A stretch of 47,299 bases of DNA. Origin: Micropepsales bacterium. GTDB lineage: Bacteria; Pseudomonadota; Alphaproteobacteria; Micropepsales; Micropepsaceae. Shown here piece by piece: positions 19,718 through 29,147 of this stretch (positions are counted from its first letter, which is position 1; each line of letters starts with the position of its first letter). The position numbers were made by a program, and so were the translations under genes. The stretch is from contig JBBQBL010000001.1 of NCBI GenBank assembly GCA_038317805.1, positions 1-47,299 on the forward strand, given 5' to 3'. A model generated the notes under the pieces. That model was not told where the DNA came from and did no database searches. It worked only from the letters and a program-made list of their open reading frames with translations.

Positions 19718-22700
19718 ATGCTGCGCCGAATCATCGAATTTGCACTGAGCCAGCGCATGCTGGTGCTGGTACTGGCGGCGCTGCTGGCGGGAGCGGGTGG
19801 TTATGCCTTTTCGCGCCTCCCGATCGACGCCTATCCCGATATCTCCACCACCCAGGTCAAGCTGATCCTGAAGGCGCCTGGCATGACGCCGGAGGAAGTG
19901 GAGCAGCGCGTCATCGCGCCGCTGGAACTGGAACTGCTGGGCATCCCCGACCAGGTGATCCTGCGGTCCATGGCCAAATACGCCATCGCCGACATCACCA
20001 TCGACTTCAAGGACAGCACCGACGTCTATTGGGCCCGCCAGCAGGTGGGCGAGCGGCTGGCAAGCGCCATGAATTCGCTGCCCGACACTGTCAGCGGCGG
20101 GCTGGCGCCCATTGCCACGCCGCTGTCGGAAATTTTCATGTTCACCATTGAAGGCGGAGGCCTCAGTCTGGCCGAGCGGCGCACGCTGCTCGACTGGACC
20201 ATACGTCCCGCGCTGCGCACCATTCCCGGGGTCGCCGACGTCAATGCGCTGGGCGGCTATGTCGCCACGTTCGAAGTAGTGCCGGACGATTCAGCGTTGC
20301 TGTCCGCCGGGGTGCGGGTCTCCGACCTCAAGGCTGCCATAGAACAGGCAAACCGCAACGACGGTGCAGGCCGGGTCAGTGAAGGCGAAGAAGCCTTGAT
20401 CGTGCGTGCGGTGGGAGCGGTCCATACACTTCAGGATTTGCGCGAAGTGATGGTGACGCCCCGCGCGGGCAAGGCGGTGCGGCTGGGCGACGTGGCCAAG
20501 GTTCGTACCGGCTCACTGACCCGCTACGGCGCGGTGGCCAAGGACGGCAAGGGCGAAGCGGTCGAAGGGCTGGTGCTGGGACTGCGCGGCGCCGACACCG
20601 GGGCCGTGGTGGCGGGCGTGCGCGCCCGGCTGGAAAATCTGCAAACCAATCTTCCGAAGGGCGTGAAGATTCACATTTTCTACGACCGCGCCGACCTTAT
20701 CGACAAGGCCGTGAGTACGGTCACGCACGCCCTGATCGAGGCCACGGTGTTAATCGTGATTCTACTGCTGCTGTTCCTCGGCAATCTGCGAGCCGCAATA
20801 GTCGTGGCACTGACGCTTCCTTTCGCCGCCATCACCACCTTTTTGATGATGTTCCTGTTCGGGCTGACTGCGAACCTGATGAGCCTGGGAGGGTTGGCCA
20901 TCGCCGTCGGCATGCTTGTGGATGCCGCAGTGGTGGTGGTGGAGAATACGGTGGAGCAGCTGTCGCATCATCGGCCGGAAAGCCGGGTACCCTATCTGCA
21001 CCTTGTCTATCGTGCTGTCGCCGAAGTGGCGGTGCCGGTGGCGTCCGGCATTGTTATCATCTGCCTGGTGTTCCTGCCGTTGCTGTCGCTGCAGGGTCTG
21101 GAGGGAAAACTCTTCGCGCCGGTCGCGCTGACCATCATCTTTGCATTGTCCAGTTCGCTGATACTGTCGCTGACACTCATTCCTGTGTTCGCTTCCCTGG
21201 TGCTCAAGCCCGGCGCCCATGGCGAGGCCTGGCTGATGCGCAAGCTGATGCCGCTCTATTCGCGCGCCCTGGCGGCGGTGCTGGCGCGACCGCGCGCGAT
21301 GGTCATCGCCGTAGGTCTGGCATTCGTCGTCACCACGGTCGCTTACTTTTCTGTCGGCAAGGCCTTCATGCCTACCATGGATGAAGGCTCCATCATCATC
21401 CAGTTGGCAAAATTGCCTTCGATCACGCTGGAGCGTTCCTCTGCGGTGGACCGGGCCGTACAGACTGCGATCCTGGCCAATGTGCCGGAAGTGCGCGAGG
21501 CCATCGCGCGCACCGGCAGCGACGAGATTGGGCTGGATCCCATGGGATTGGGTGAAACCGATCTATTCTTGATCCTGAAGCCCCGCGAGGAATGGCGCAC
21601 CGGCAGCAAGGACGACATCGTCGAGGCGCTGCGCACGGTGATGAAGGATTTTCCGGGTGTCGCCTATACCTTCACCCAGCCGATCGAGATGCGCACATCG
21701 GAGATGCTTACGGGCAGCCGCGGGGATTTGGCCATCAAGGTCTTCGGCCCGGACCTGGCGGAACTGGGTCGCATCTCGGAAGGCATCCGGACAGCTGTGC
21801 AGAAAGTGCAGGGCGCTTCGGAAGTGTTCACCGTTGCCGATGACTCGGTTCGCTATCTGCAGACCGACATAGACCGCATGGCGGCCGGCGCGGCCGGCAT
21901 TTCCATCCAGTCTCTGCAGGAAGAAATGCGTGCCCGACTCGAAGGTCTGGGCGCTGGTGTTGTCATCGACACCACCCGACGTATCCCGATCGTCATTCGC
22001 GGCGACGAGGACCTGCACAATCGTCCGGAGCTGTTCGGCAATATCGGCGTCGTCACGGATTCGGGTGATCTGGTCCATGTCGCCGATGTGGCCCGCATCA
22101 GCCAGCCGGAAGGGCCGGTCCGCATCCAGCGCGAGAATGCGTCGCGCTTCGCCACCATCCAGGCCAATGTTTCGGGGCGCGATCTGGTGAGTTTTGTCGA
22201 AGCCGCCCAGGCCGCCGTCGCACAGCAGGTCACGCTGCCAACCGGTTACCGGCTGGAGTGGAGCGGCCAATTCCAGAACCAGCAGCGCGCCGCCCAACGC
22301 CTGATGATCGTGGTGCCCTTGGCGCTGGGGCTGATTTTTCTGGTGCTGTTCGCAACGCTTGGCTCGGTAAGGCAAGCGCTGCTGATCCTGGCCAACATTC
22401 CGCTGGCCCTGATCGGCGGCATGCTGCTGCTGTGGCTGTCCGGCGAATATCTCTCCGTGCCCGCCTCAGTCGGCTTCATCGCACTGCTGGGCATCGCCGT
22501 GCTGAATGGTCTGGTCCTGATCGTTTATTTCAACCAGCTCATCGCCCAGGGCCTCCCCATGCGCGATGTGGTGTTCGATGGCTGCCGCCGCCGCCTGCGC
22601 CCCGTCCTGATGACGGCCAGCATCGCAGCGCTTGGCCTTGTGCCACTGCTATTTGCGACGGGTCCGGGCTCGGAAATCCAGAAGCCTCTCGCCATCGTGG

Positions 22701-22816
22701 TGATTGGCGGATTGATCAGCTCGACGATCCTGACCCTGTTCCTGCTGCCGATCCTGTTTGAACGTTTTGGCGTCGCGCGGCAGGACATGCCCGCTGTCGC
22801 GGGGAGGACGTCATGA
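19718..22816 (+). CDS. CusA/CzcA-family heavy-metal efflux RND transporter
   Basis: LPIDAYPDI, TM4 GMLVDAAVVVVEN, RLRPVLMTA, GSEIQKPLAIVVIGG; 1032 aa. Confidence 0.95.
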   Translation: MLRRIIEFALSQRMLVLVLAALLAGAGGYAFSRLPIDAYPDISTTQVKLILKAPGMTPEEVEQRVIAPLELELLGIPDQVILRSMAKYAIADITIDFKDSTDVYWARQQVGERLASAMNSLPDTVSGGLAPIATPLSEIFMFTIEGGGLSLAERRTLLDWTIRPALRTIPGVADVNALGGYVATFEVVPDDSALLSAGVRVSDLKAAIEQANRNDGAGRVSEGEEALIVRAVGAVHTLQDLREVMVTPRAGKAVRLGDVAKVRTGSLTRYGAVAKDGKGEAVEGLVLGLRGADTGAVVAGVRARLENLQTNLPKGVKIHIFYDRADLIDKAVSTVTHALIEATVLIVILLLLFLGNLRAAIVVALTLPFAAITTFLMMFLFGLTANLMSLGGLAIAVGMLVDAAVVVVENTVEQLSHHRPESRVPYLHLVYRAVAEVAVPVASGIVIICLVFLPLLSLQGLEGKLFAPVALTIIFALSSSLILSLTLIPVFASLVLKPGAHGEAWLMRKLMPLYSRALAAVLARPRAMVIAVGLAFVVTTVAYFSVGKAFMPTMDEGSIIIQLAKLPSITLERSSAVDRAVQTAILANVPEVREAIARTGSDEIGLDPMGLGETDLFLILKPREEWRTGSKDDIVEALRTVMKDFPGVAYTFTQPIEMRTSEMLTGSRGDLAIKVFGPDLAELGRISEGIRTAVQKVQGASEVFTVADDSVRYLQTDIDRMAAGAAGISIQSLQEEMRARLEGLGAGVVIDTTRRIPIVIRGDEDLHNRPELFGNIGVVTDSGDLVHVADVARISQPEGPVRIQRENASRFATIQANVSGRDLVSFVEAAQAAVAQQVTLPTGYRLEWSGQFQNQQRAAQRLMIVVPLALGLIFLVLFATLGSVRQALLILANIPLALIGGMLLLWLSGEYLSVPASVGFIALLGIAVLNGLVLIVYFNQLIAQGLPMRDVVFDGCRRRLRPVLMTASIAALGLVPLLFATGPGSEIQKPLAIVVIGGLISSTILTLFLLPILFERFGVARQDMPAVAGRTS

Positions 22817-23118
22817 GCCATGTCCGGCTGAACCTGTCCTGTCCCCAGTCCCTGATTGAACAGGTGGTGGAATTTCTTCTTGAACACGAAACCATGATCG
22901 GTGGCTTCACATCCCTGGCGGCGCACGGCCATGGACGTGACTTTGCCAGCGCCACGCTGCGCGAAAAGGTTCGCGGCCGCGTCCAGTCGACCCTGCTGAC
23001 TGCGATCCTGCCGGCCGAAAATGTGGCGCCGCTGCTGCAGGAGCTGCGCAACCAGTTCCGCGCCCCACACCTGTTTTACTGGACTGAACCGGTCCTGGAT
23101 TTTGGAGATTTGTCATGA
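22813..23118 (+). CDS. DUF3240-like small protein
   Basis: GFT....GHG......EKVRGR...YW..PV..FG pattern; ATGA-coupled to the genes on both sides. Confidence 0.75.
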   Translation: MSHVRLNLSCPQSLIEQVVEFLLEHETMIGGFTSLAAHGHGRDFASATLREKVRGRVQSTLLTAILPAENVAPLLQELRNQFRAPHLFYWTEPVLDFGDLS

Positions 23119-24395
23119 AAGCCGTCTTGGCACCGCTCCAGGCTGTTATCCTGCTCCTCTCTCAGGCCGCGATGGCGCAGCCGGCTGAGGCGCCAAAGCA
23201 TACCGAAGTCATCCTGCTGCCCAGCCTCGCCTTCATGCCGTCGCATGATGCCATCGACCGGATAATGTCCGATGAGCCCGGTGTGCTGCGTGCCCAGGCC
23301 ATGCTGAAATCCGCTCATGCCGAGGCCCGCGCCCGCGAGGCCGGTCCGCACGAATTCACCCTGCACGGCGAATACATCACGCGTGCCACCAATCTCGAGG
23401 GACGGCTGGACGAATGGACCACCGGCATCAGCCGTGGCATTCGCCTGCCGGGAAAGGCGGATGCAGACGAAAAGATCGGCGCCTTTGGCATCGCCTTCGC
23501 GGAGAATGGCTTTGGCGATGCGCGCCACCAGGCCGCGACCTTGCTTAAGACCCTGTGGCTCGACTGGGTGATTGCAGAGGCAACGACGATGCTCGCCGTT
23601 GCCGAGGTCGGCGGCTATGAAAAGCAATTGAAGGCAACTGAACGCGGCCGACAGCTGGGCCAGTCCGCGTCGCTGCAGGTTGAGCAGGTGCAGGCGTCAC
23701 TGTCCTTGGCACACGCGCAGGCCGCACAAGCGATGCAGTCGCAGCAGGATGCCCGGATGACTTTGCAACGGACCTTCCCGTCGCTGGTGGTGCCGCCGGC
23801 ACCGGTGATGCCCGAACCCATCGCTCCGCCGGGCGACTGGGCCGAATGGCGTGCTTCGGTGCTGGACGACAATCACGAAGTGAAAATGGCGCGCAGCGAG
23901 GCCGACCGCCGCGAATGGCTGGCGCGCCGCGCGTCGATGGATCGGTTCGCCGATCCGACGCTGGACCTGAGGACATTCCAGGAGCGCAGCGGCCACGAAA
24001 CCGGTTTCGGCATCGGCTTTTCCATGCCCATCGGCGGCGCCCTGCGCAGTGCCACGGCCGATCAGGCCTCCGCCGAAGCGACCGCCGCCGCCATATCCGC
24101 CCGCAAGGCCCTTCGGGACGTCGAGATCGTGGCGGACCGCGATGTCATCCAGGCCCGTCAAGGCCTGGAAGCCTGGCGCCAGAACCAGGCAGCGGCGAAA
24201 GCCAGCGCGCAGATGGTGTCGCGCATGCAGCGGGCCGTTGCGCTTGGCGATCAGGCACTGACCGATCTGCTGATCGCGCAGCGGCAGGATTTCGACGTCC
24301 GCCGCACGGAGATGCGCGCCCGCGGCGCGGCGCATGGCGCAATTCTGCAACTCATGATCGATGCCCACCGCATTTGGTCGCTGGGGGATGAATAG
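23115..24395 (+). CDS. TolC-family outer membrane factor
   Basis: Signal peptide, two OEP-like helical halves, last gene of the RND operon. Confidence 0.88.
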   Translation: MKAVLAPLQAVILLLSQAAMAQPAEAPKHTEVILLPSLAFMPSHDAIDRIMSDEPGVLRAQAMLKSAHAEARAREAGPHEFTLHGEYITRATNLEGRLDEWTTGISRGIRLPGKADADEKIGAFGIAFAENGFGDARHQAATLLKTLWLDWVIAEATTMLAVAEVGGYEKQLKATERGRQLGQSASLQVEQVQASLSLAHAQAAQAMQSQQDARMTLQRTFPSLVVPPAPVMPEPIAPPGDWAEWRASVLDDNHEVKMARSEADRREWLARRASMDRFADPTLDLRTFQERSGHETGFGIGFSMPIGGALRSATADQASAEATAAAISARKALRDVEIVADRDVIQARQGLEAWRQNQAAAKASAQMVSRMQRAVALGDQALTDLLIAQRQDFDVRRTEMRARGAAHGAILQLMIDAHRIWSLGDE

Positions 24396-24650
24396 GGCGC
24401 TCGGCCCCGTCATCGGATTGGTAGTTGACGTCCTGCCGATGACTGCATTTGGCGCCAATCGGCATCCGCAATGGCTGCGGGTGAATGGATGATTCCCGCA
24501 GTGATGAGGGTAACCAGCTGGGTTTCGGAGCTTGCGACGGTCATTTGCGGGCAGTTTTGGCCGGATTGTTCACCCGACCGCTTTGTGTGAGATTGCCCGG
24601 CCTTTTCCCACCCCGCCGTACAAGACCCCATACCCGCAAAAGCCATCAAC

Positions 24651-25439
24651 ATGCTCGCCAATGCCATCCAACCGCTTTACGTCGCTTCAGGCTTCGCGGT
24701 CGGCTTTCTAGTGGGTATGACCGGCGTCGGCGGCGGCTCGTTGATGACGCCGCTGCTGATCCTGCTCTTCAACGTGCATCCGGTGGCTGCGGTCACCACC
24801 GACCTGATCTTTGCCAGCGTCACCAAGACCGGCGGCAGCCTGGTGCACGGCCTCTACAAGAACATCGACTGGCGCATCGTTCTGCGCCTGGCGACGGGCA
24901 GTCTGCCCGCGTCTCTCGCCACTTTGGCGCTCCTCTGGTGGCTCAAGATCGACCAGGCCGCCTATAGCGCGTTGGTGACCAAAGTGCTGGGCGTGGCCCT
25001 ATTGCTGACCGCCGCCGCCTTGCTCTTCCGCCGTCGTCTACTGGCGAACTATGCGCAGCGTGTCGGGGCATTGAGCGAAGTGCAGACCCGCATCTTCACC
25101 ATCATCACCGGCGTGGCGCTGGGGGTGCTGGTGACGGTTTCGTCGGTGGGTGCCGGCGCGCTGGGCGTCGTCGTCCTGCTGCTGCTCTACCCGGAACTTT
25201 CAGCCGTGCGTATCGCCGGCAGCGACATTGCCCATGCGGTACCGCTGACCCTGGTGGCCGGTCTGGGGCATGTCGCCAGCGGCGGCATAGACATGCCGCT
25301 GCTGACTTCGCTGCTGATCGGCTCGCTGCCCGGCATCATGCTTTCCAGCCTGTTCGCGCCGCGCCTGCCCGATGCGGCCTTGCGGCTGATCCTGTCCGGC
25401 ACCCTCATTCTGGTGGCGGGGCGCCTGCTTCTGGCCTGA
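24651..25439 (+). CDS. TSUP (TauE/SafE) family transporter
   Basis: GMTGVGGGSLMTP, SSVGAGALG, GSDIAHAVPL. Confidence 0.92.
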   Translation: MLANAIQPLYVASGFAVGFLVGMTGVGGGSLMTPLLILLFNVHPVAAVTTDLIFASVTKTGGSLVHGLYKNIDWRIVLRLATGSLPASLATLALLWWLKIDQAAYSALVTKVLGVALLLTAAALLFRRRLLANYAQRVGALSEVQTRIFTIITGVALGVLVTVSSVGAGALGVVVLLLLYPELSAVRIAGSDIAHAVPLTLVAGLGHVASGGIDMPLLTSLLIGSLPGIMLSSLFAPRLPDAALRLILSGTLILVAGRLLLA

Positions 25440-25564
25440 TACCGACCACGCCGCCTCTGGCGCAACGCGGTTTTGGCGGACGGTGTTCGCGCTATAAGCG
25501 TGGCAAGTTCGAGGAACGGATTTGCTTGTCCGTGCCGCCTTCTCGCTATGTAATTGAAATTAAA

Positions 25565-25586
25565 TGGTGCCAGAAGAGGACTCGAA
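25565..25586 (-). mobile_element. tRNA-Leu 3'-end duplication, probable att junction of an integrative island
   Basis: Minus strand reads TTCGAGTCCTCTTCTGGCACCA = T-loop, T-stem 3' arm, acceptor 3' strand and CCA of an alphaproteobacterial tRNA-Leu, one G short; no 5' half present; AT-rich flanks and GCCCCC direct repeats at about 25642-25660. Confidence 0.8.
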
Positions 25587-25894
25587 TGTATCATTTATAC
25601 CATTGATATTGTTTGATAATTTTTGATAATGAAATCAAAAAGCCCCCAAAAGGGCCCCCCAGGGGATTTTTCCACCTTCAGTCCCTTAACATCGCTGGAT
25701 TTGACCTAATTCGCCGTGCTTGCAGCCTAAGGCGCGCCTCCGAACCAAGCCCGTTCTTCCGCGTAAGGAGCGCCGGTGCTGATCGCTTCCAGCGTTAGCT
25801 TCAGTAGCTCGCGGATAGTAACGCGAGAAGTGTTGGTGGCAACTCAGGTCAGGTGGGAAGCGAAAATGGCGAAGCTCCGCTTCTTTCCTACCAT

Positions 25895-25911
25895 GTCTCA
25901 CTATGTGCAAG
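25895..25911. promoter_or_regulatory. candidate operator 1 (GTCTCAC-TAT-GTGCAAG)
   Basis: Matches the CTYTCAC-N3-GTGARAG palindrome at 12/14; 108 bp upstream of the esterase ATG. Confidence 0.5.
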
Positions 25912-26019
25912 CAGCCGCATCGCCTTTTGAAGCATGGGGCTAAACAATAGCCCCTGGTTCGTGATCAATTTGGTCAGCAGCAGTGAACACGCTGCAAAAA
26001 ATGAAACGAGGAAACGACG

Positions 26020-27603
26020 ATGTGGAAGATGTTCACGGTGTGCTGCGCCGCTACAGTTTTTGCGGCCCTGGCGGTGATGTCGCCAATCGCAGCGCAAGAA
26101 GGTGTTCAGCCGATCCCCGGCGGTCCTGTGCGCGTGACGGGCGGCCTTGTCGCTGGAAAGCAGCTGGCGAATGGCATCGGCGCTTATCTTGGCATTCCAT
26201 TTGCTGCGCCGCCCTTGCAAGAGCTGCGCTGGCGGCCGCCAACGCCCGTGACATCATGGACTGGCATCCGCAAGGCCGTCACGCTGCCGCCGGCCTGCAT
26301 GCAATCAGATCCAAAGGGCGAGGCGATCAGCGAAGACTGCCTCTATCTCAACGTCTGGACGCCAAAAGGCGCGCGCGCGGGCGCCAAAATCCCTGTCATG
26401 GTCTACATCTATGGCGGCGGGTTTTCACAAGGCTCTGCATCTTCGTCACCATCCAGCGGGATCGGCCTCGCTGGCAAAGGCGTGATTTTCGTGGCCGGAA
26501 ATTATAGGGTCGGGCCGTTTGGCTTTATGGCTCATCCTGCTCTGAACAAGGAAAATGCAGCAGGCGCATCCGGCGACTATGGTATGCTGGACCAGGTCGC
26601 GGTTCTGAAATGGGTGCGCGAAAACATCGCCCGTTTTGGTGGCGATCCCAATAACGTCACATTGGCAGGGCTTTCTGCGGGCTCGGTTTCCTCCTCTGCC
26701 CAGCATGCTAGCCCCTTGAGCAGGGGGCTTTTCCAGAAAGTGATGGGCATCAGCGCCAGTTCACTAACCTGGGAGGCCGGCGTGTTCCGCAGCAAAGAAG
26801 ACGCGGAGCGCGATGGCCTTAAGGCCCAGGAGCAGCTCGGCAACCTCAGTCTGGCCGACATGCGCACACTGCCCGCTGAGAAGATATTGGCTGTGCGCGG
26901 CGGGCCCCCCAGTGTTGACGGGTTTTTCATGCCGCGCGATCCCAAGAATATTTTCGCCTCTGGTGAGCAAAATGATGTGACAACCTTTGTAGGATTTACC
27001 CGTGACGAAGGCTATGGTCCGTTCATGCAGGTTAGCTCTGCCGAAGGCTATCGCACCGCCGCGCAAACTCTGTATGGCGACCAGGCAGAAAAACTGCTGG
27101 CGGCTTATCCCGCTGACGAAAACTGGAAACGGAACGCGCGTGCCGCGTCGCGCGACATCACGCTTGGCATGGCAATGCGGCGCTGGGCGATGGGTCAGGT
27201 ACAGCCGGACCGAAAGCCGGCTTATGTCTATATGTCGGCAACCATCCATCATTTCGCAGTGCCACCGGATCCTGACAGCCGCAACGCGACCGCGTTCCAC
27301 AGCTCCGACAATTCCTTCTGGTTAAACGACCTTGATGGGTTCAGTCAGACGGACGCGCCTCGCGCCTGGACACCCGCCGATTATGCGCTGGCCGACAAGA
27401 TGTCCGACATGACCGTCGCTTTCATGAAAACGGGCAACCCCAGCATCCTTGGCATTCCTGTACCAAGATATGAACCGGCCGGGGAGCAGATCATTGGTAT
27501 CGGCATCAAGACCCCGGGCGTCTTCCAGCAGATAACCTACCCCGGTCACAGCCGAGTCGAAATGCTGGGTACGTTGAAGCCGCAACCCCGCGAACGCCGC
27601 TAA
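26020..27603 (+). CDS. secreted type-B carboxylesterase
   Basis: Signal peptide; YLGIPFAAPP, SEDCLYLNVW, YGGGF oxyanion hole, GLSAG nucleophile, TRDEG (Glu), AFHSSD (His). Confidence 0.93.
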   Translation: MWKMFTVCCAATVFAALAVMSPIAAQEGVQPIPGGPVRVTGGLVAGKQLANGIGAYLGIPFAAPPLQELRWRPPTPVTSWTGIRKAVTLPPACMQSDPKGEAISEDCLYLNVWTPKGARAGAKIPVMVYIYGGGFSQGSASSSPSSGIGLAGKGVIFVAGNYRVGPFGFMAHPALNKENAAGASGDYGMLDQVAVLKWVRENIARFGGDPNNVTLAGLSAGSVSSSAQHASPLSRGLFQKVMGISASSLTWEAGVFRSKEDAERDGLKAQEQLGNLSLADMRTLPAEKILAVRGGPPSVDGFFMPRDPKNIFASGEQNDVTTFVGFTRDEGYGPFMQVSSAEGYRTAAQTLYGDQAEKLLAAYPADENWKRNARAASRDITLGMAMRRWAMGQVQPDRKPAYVYMSATIHHFAVPPDPDSRNATAFHSSDNSFWLNDLDGFSQTDAPRAWTPADYALADKMSDMTVAFMKTGNPSILGIPVPRYEPAGEQIIGIGIKTPGVFQQITYPGHSRVEMLGTLKPQPRERR

Positions 27604-27720
27604 CAGGCCGCGCTGCGGGACACAGTGATGAACTGTTACATCCGCGAATCCATGAGTCCGCCTTGCAAGTGGTTTCGAACGTCGTGACCTGCGACGTCGT
27701 CACGCCGTGCGCAGATGCTC

Positions 27721-28500
27721 TCACGGGGCGCGACCAGCGGAGTTGGATTGAAATATCTTGCGCGAAATGCTGCTGGCGGTCGACAGAAACGCCTGGCGCA
27801 CATTGTCTTCTGGTTGCCGCCCGACATGGACCGGAGTGTCCGCGATGGAAATGGCCGCAATGGTTTTCCCTCGTAGATCCCGGATAGGAACGCCGATGCA
27901 ATAGACGCTCTGGGAGATTTCCCGGTCGTTGACCGCGTAGCCCTGCTCGCGCACCCTAGCAATTTCCGCGCGCAGGCTGGCGACATCTGTAATGGTGCGT
28001 TCCGTCAGGGCGACAAACCTGCCCTCGCGCAAAAATTCGTCCAGTTGCTCGAGGGACAATCCAGCGAGCATAACTTTTCCAAGCGCGCTGCAGTATGCCT
28101 CCATCTGAGATCCCACCTCCGTCAACACGGAAATGCAGGAAGAGTCGCCAGCCTTTGCCATATATGTGACTATGCCATGTTCCAGGATTCCGACATGGAC
28201 GACGGCATTCATCTGTGAATCTAGATCATTGAGGTACTGATGCGACGTGACGCTCACCAGTTGGCCAATCGCCACATTTTTGAACAGCGAAACCAGCAGC
28301 ATTCCAGGCCGGTAGCAGCCGCGCAAATTGCGTGTCACGACGCCGATTTCCTCAAGGGTTCGCATCAGGCGACGTGTCGTGGCCTCGGATAGATGTGCCC
28401 GACGGCTCAACTCCGCGCTGCTCACCCAATCATCAGGGCCGCGAAACGATTGCAGCAGAGCGAAAGCCTTATGAACTGGACGGTTCCTTGGCGTCGACAT
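27721..28500 (-). CDS. IclR-family transcriptional regulator
   Basis: N-terminal HTH; YCSALGKVMLA, VREQGYA..D.E, CIGVPIRD...IAAISI. Confidence 0.93.
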   Translation of the reverse strand: MSTPRNRPVHKAFALLQSFRGPDDWVSSAELSRRAHLSEATTRRLMRTLEEIGVVTRNLRGCYRPGMLLVSLFKNVAIGQLVSVTSHQYLNDLDSQMNAVVHVGILEHGIVTYMAKAGDSSCISVLTEVGSQMEAYCSALGKVMLAGLSLEQLDEFLREGRFVALTERTITDVASLRAEIARVREQGYAVNDREISQSVYCIGVPIRDLRGKTIAAISIADTPVHVGRQPEDNVRQAFLSTASSISRKIFQSNSAGRAP

Positions 28501-28527
28501 GCCGTAACTTCCGGCTACCGGTTAACG

Positions 28528-28545
28528 TTTTCGGCGCGCCGAAAA
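28528..28545. promoter_or_regulatory. perfect 18-bp palindrome just upstream of iclR
   Basis: TTTTCGGCGCGCCGAAAA; function unknown. Confidence 0.35.
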
Positions 28546-28854
28546 AAGATATTGGTTGAACCACCAGCGAAGCAATGACTGATTGGATTGACGGCGGCGA
28601 TCTGCAGCGTGGTGCGGTCGCTGCGCTGCAGTAAATTCATGCGAAAATGTTGCTAGCGGCGTTCCCCTGATGGGTTCTCAAGCGATACCTTGAACCGCTC
28701 CCGCATCCATTTGGAATCTGCAAGCCCGGTTGCGACCAGCAGTAGGCGTTGCCAGCGCCTCGTCTGCCAGGAAGGTTCCAGGGCAGGACAGATTCTGTCA
28801 TGACGGTTCAATTTTGCCGATTTAGGTCACAACGCAACGGTATAGCCCCGGCAT

Positions 28855-28871
28855 CTTTCACTTCGTGAGAG
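28855..28871. promoter_or_regulatory. candidate operator 2 (CTTTCAC-TTC-GTGAGAG)
   Basis: Full match to the consensus; lies in the divergent iclR / module-1 intergenic region. Confidence 0.6.
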
Positions 28872-29147
28872 CCTTCTGGGACTTAAGTCGGCGGCATATT
28901 GATCTAAACCAGTGTTCGTGCAATTTGGAAGGGGCGGCTCAGCCGTGTTCGATCTGCAGGAACAATAGCTTGCTCTACTGTTTCATGAGAAAGAGCAAGT
29001 AGCCGCGAGCGCCATCAATATCGGCGAGGACGCCGCACCCGGAAGGCCGAAAATAGGTTACCTGCGGAGTAAGTGATGATCAGACGGCCAACCAAAAACA
29101 GACCAATCGGAGATCCGGTTGGCAGGTACTTGAAAGGCCTGGTTCAG

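Noticed and set aside
25565-25586. Intact tRNA-Leu gene
   Set aside because: Only the last 22 nt are present; the adjacent sequence cannot form D, anticodon or variable arms.
25686-25910. Small ORFs or gene remnant just inside the att site
   Set aside because: Frames are interrupted and match no family I can recognise.
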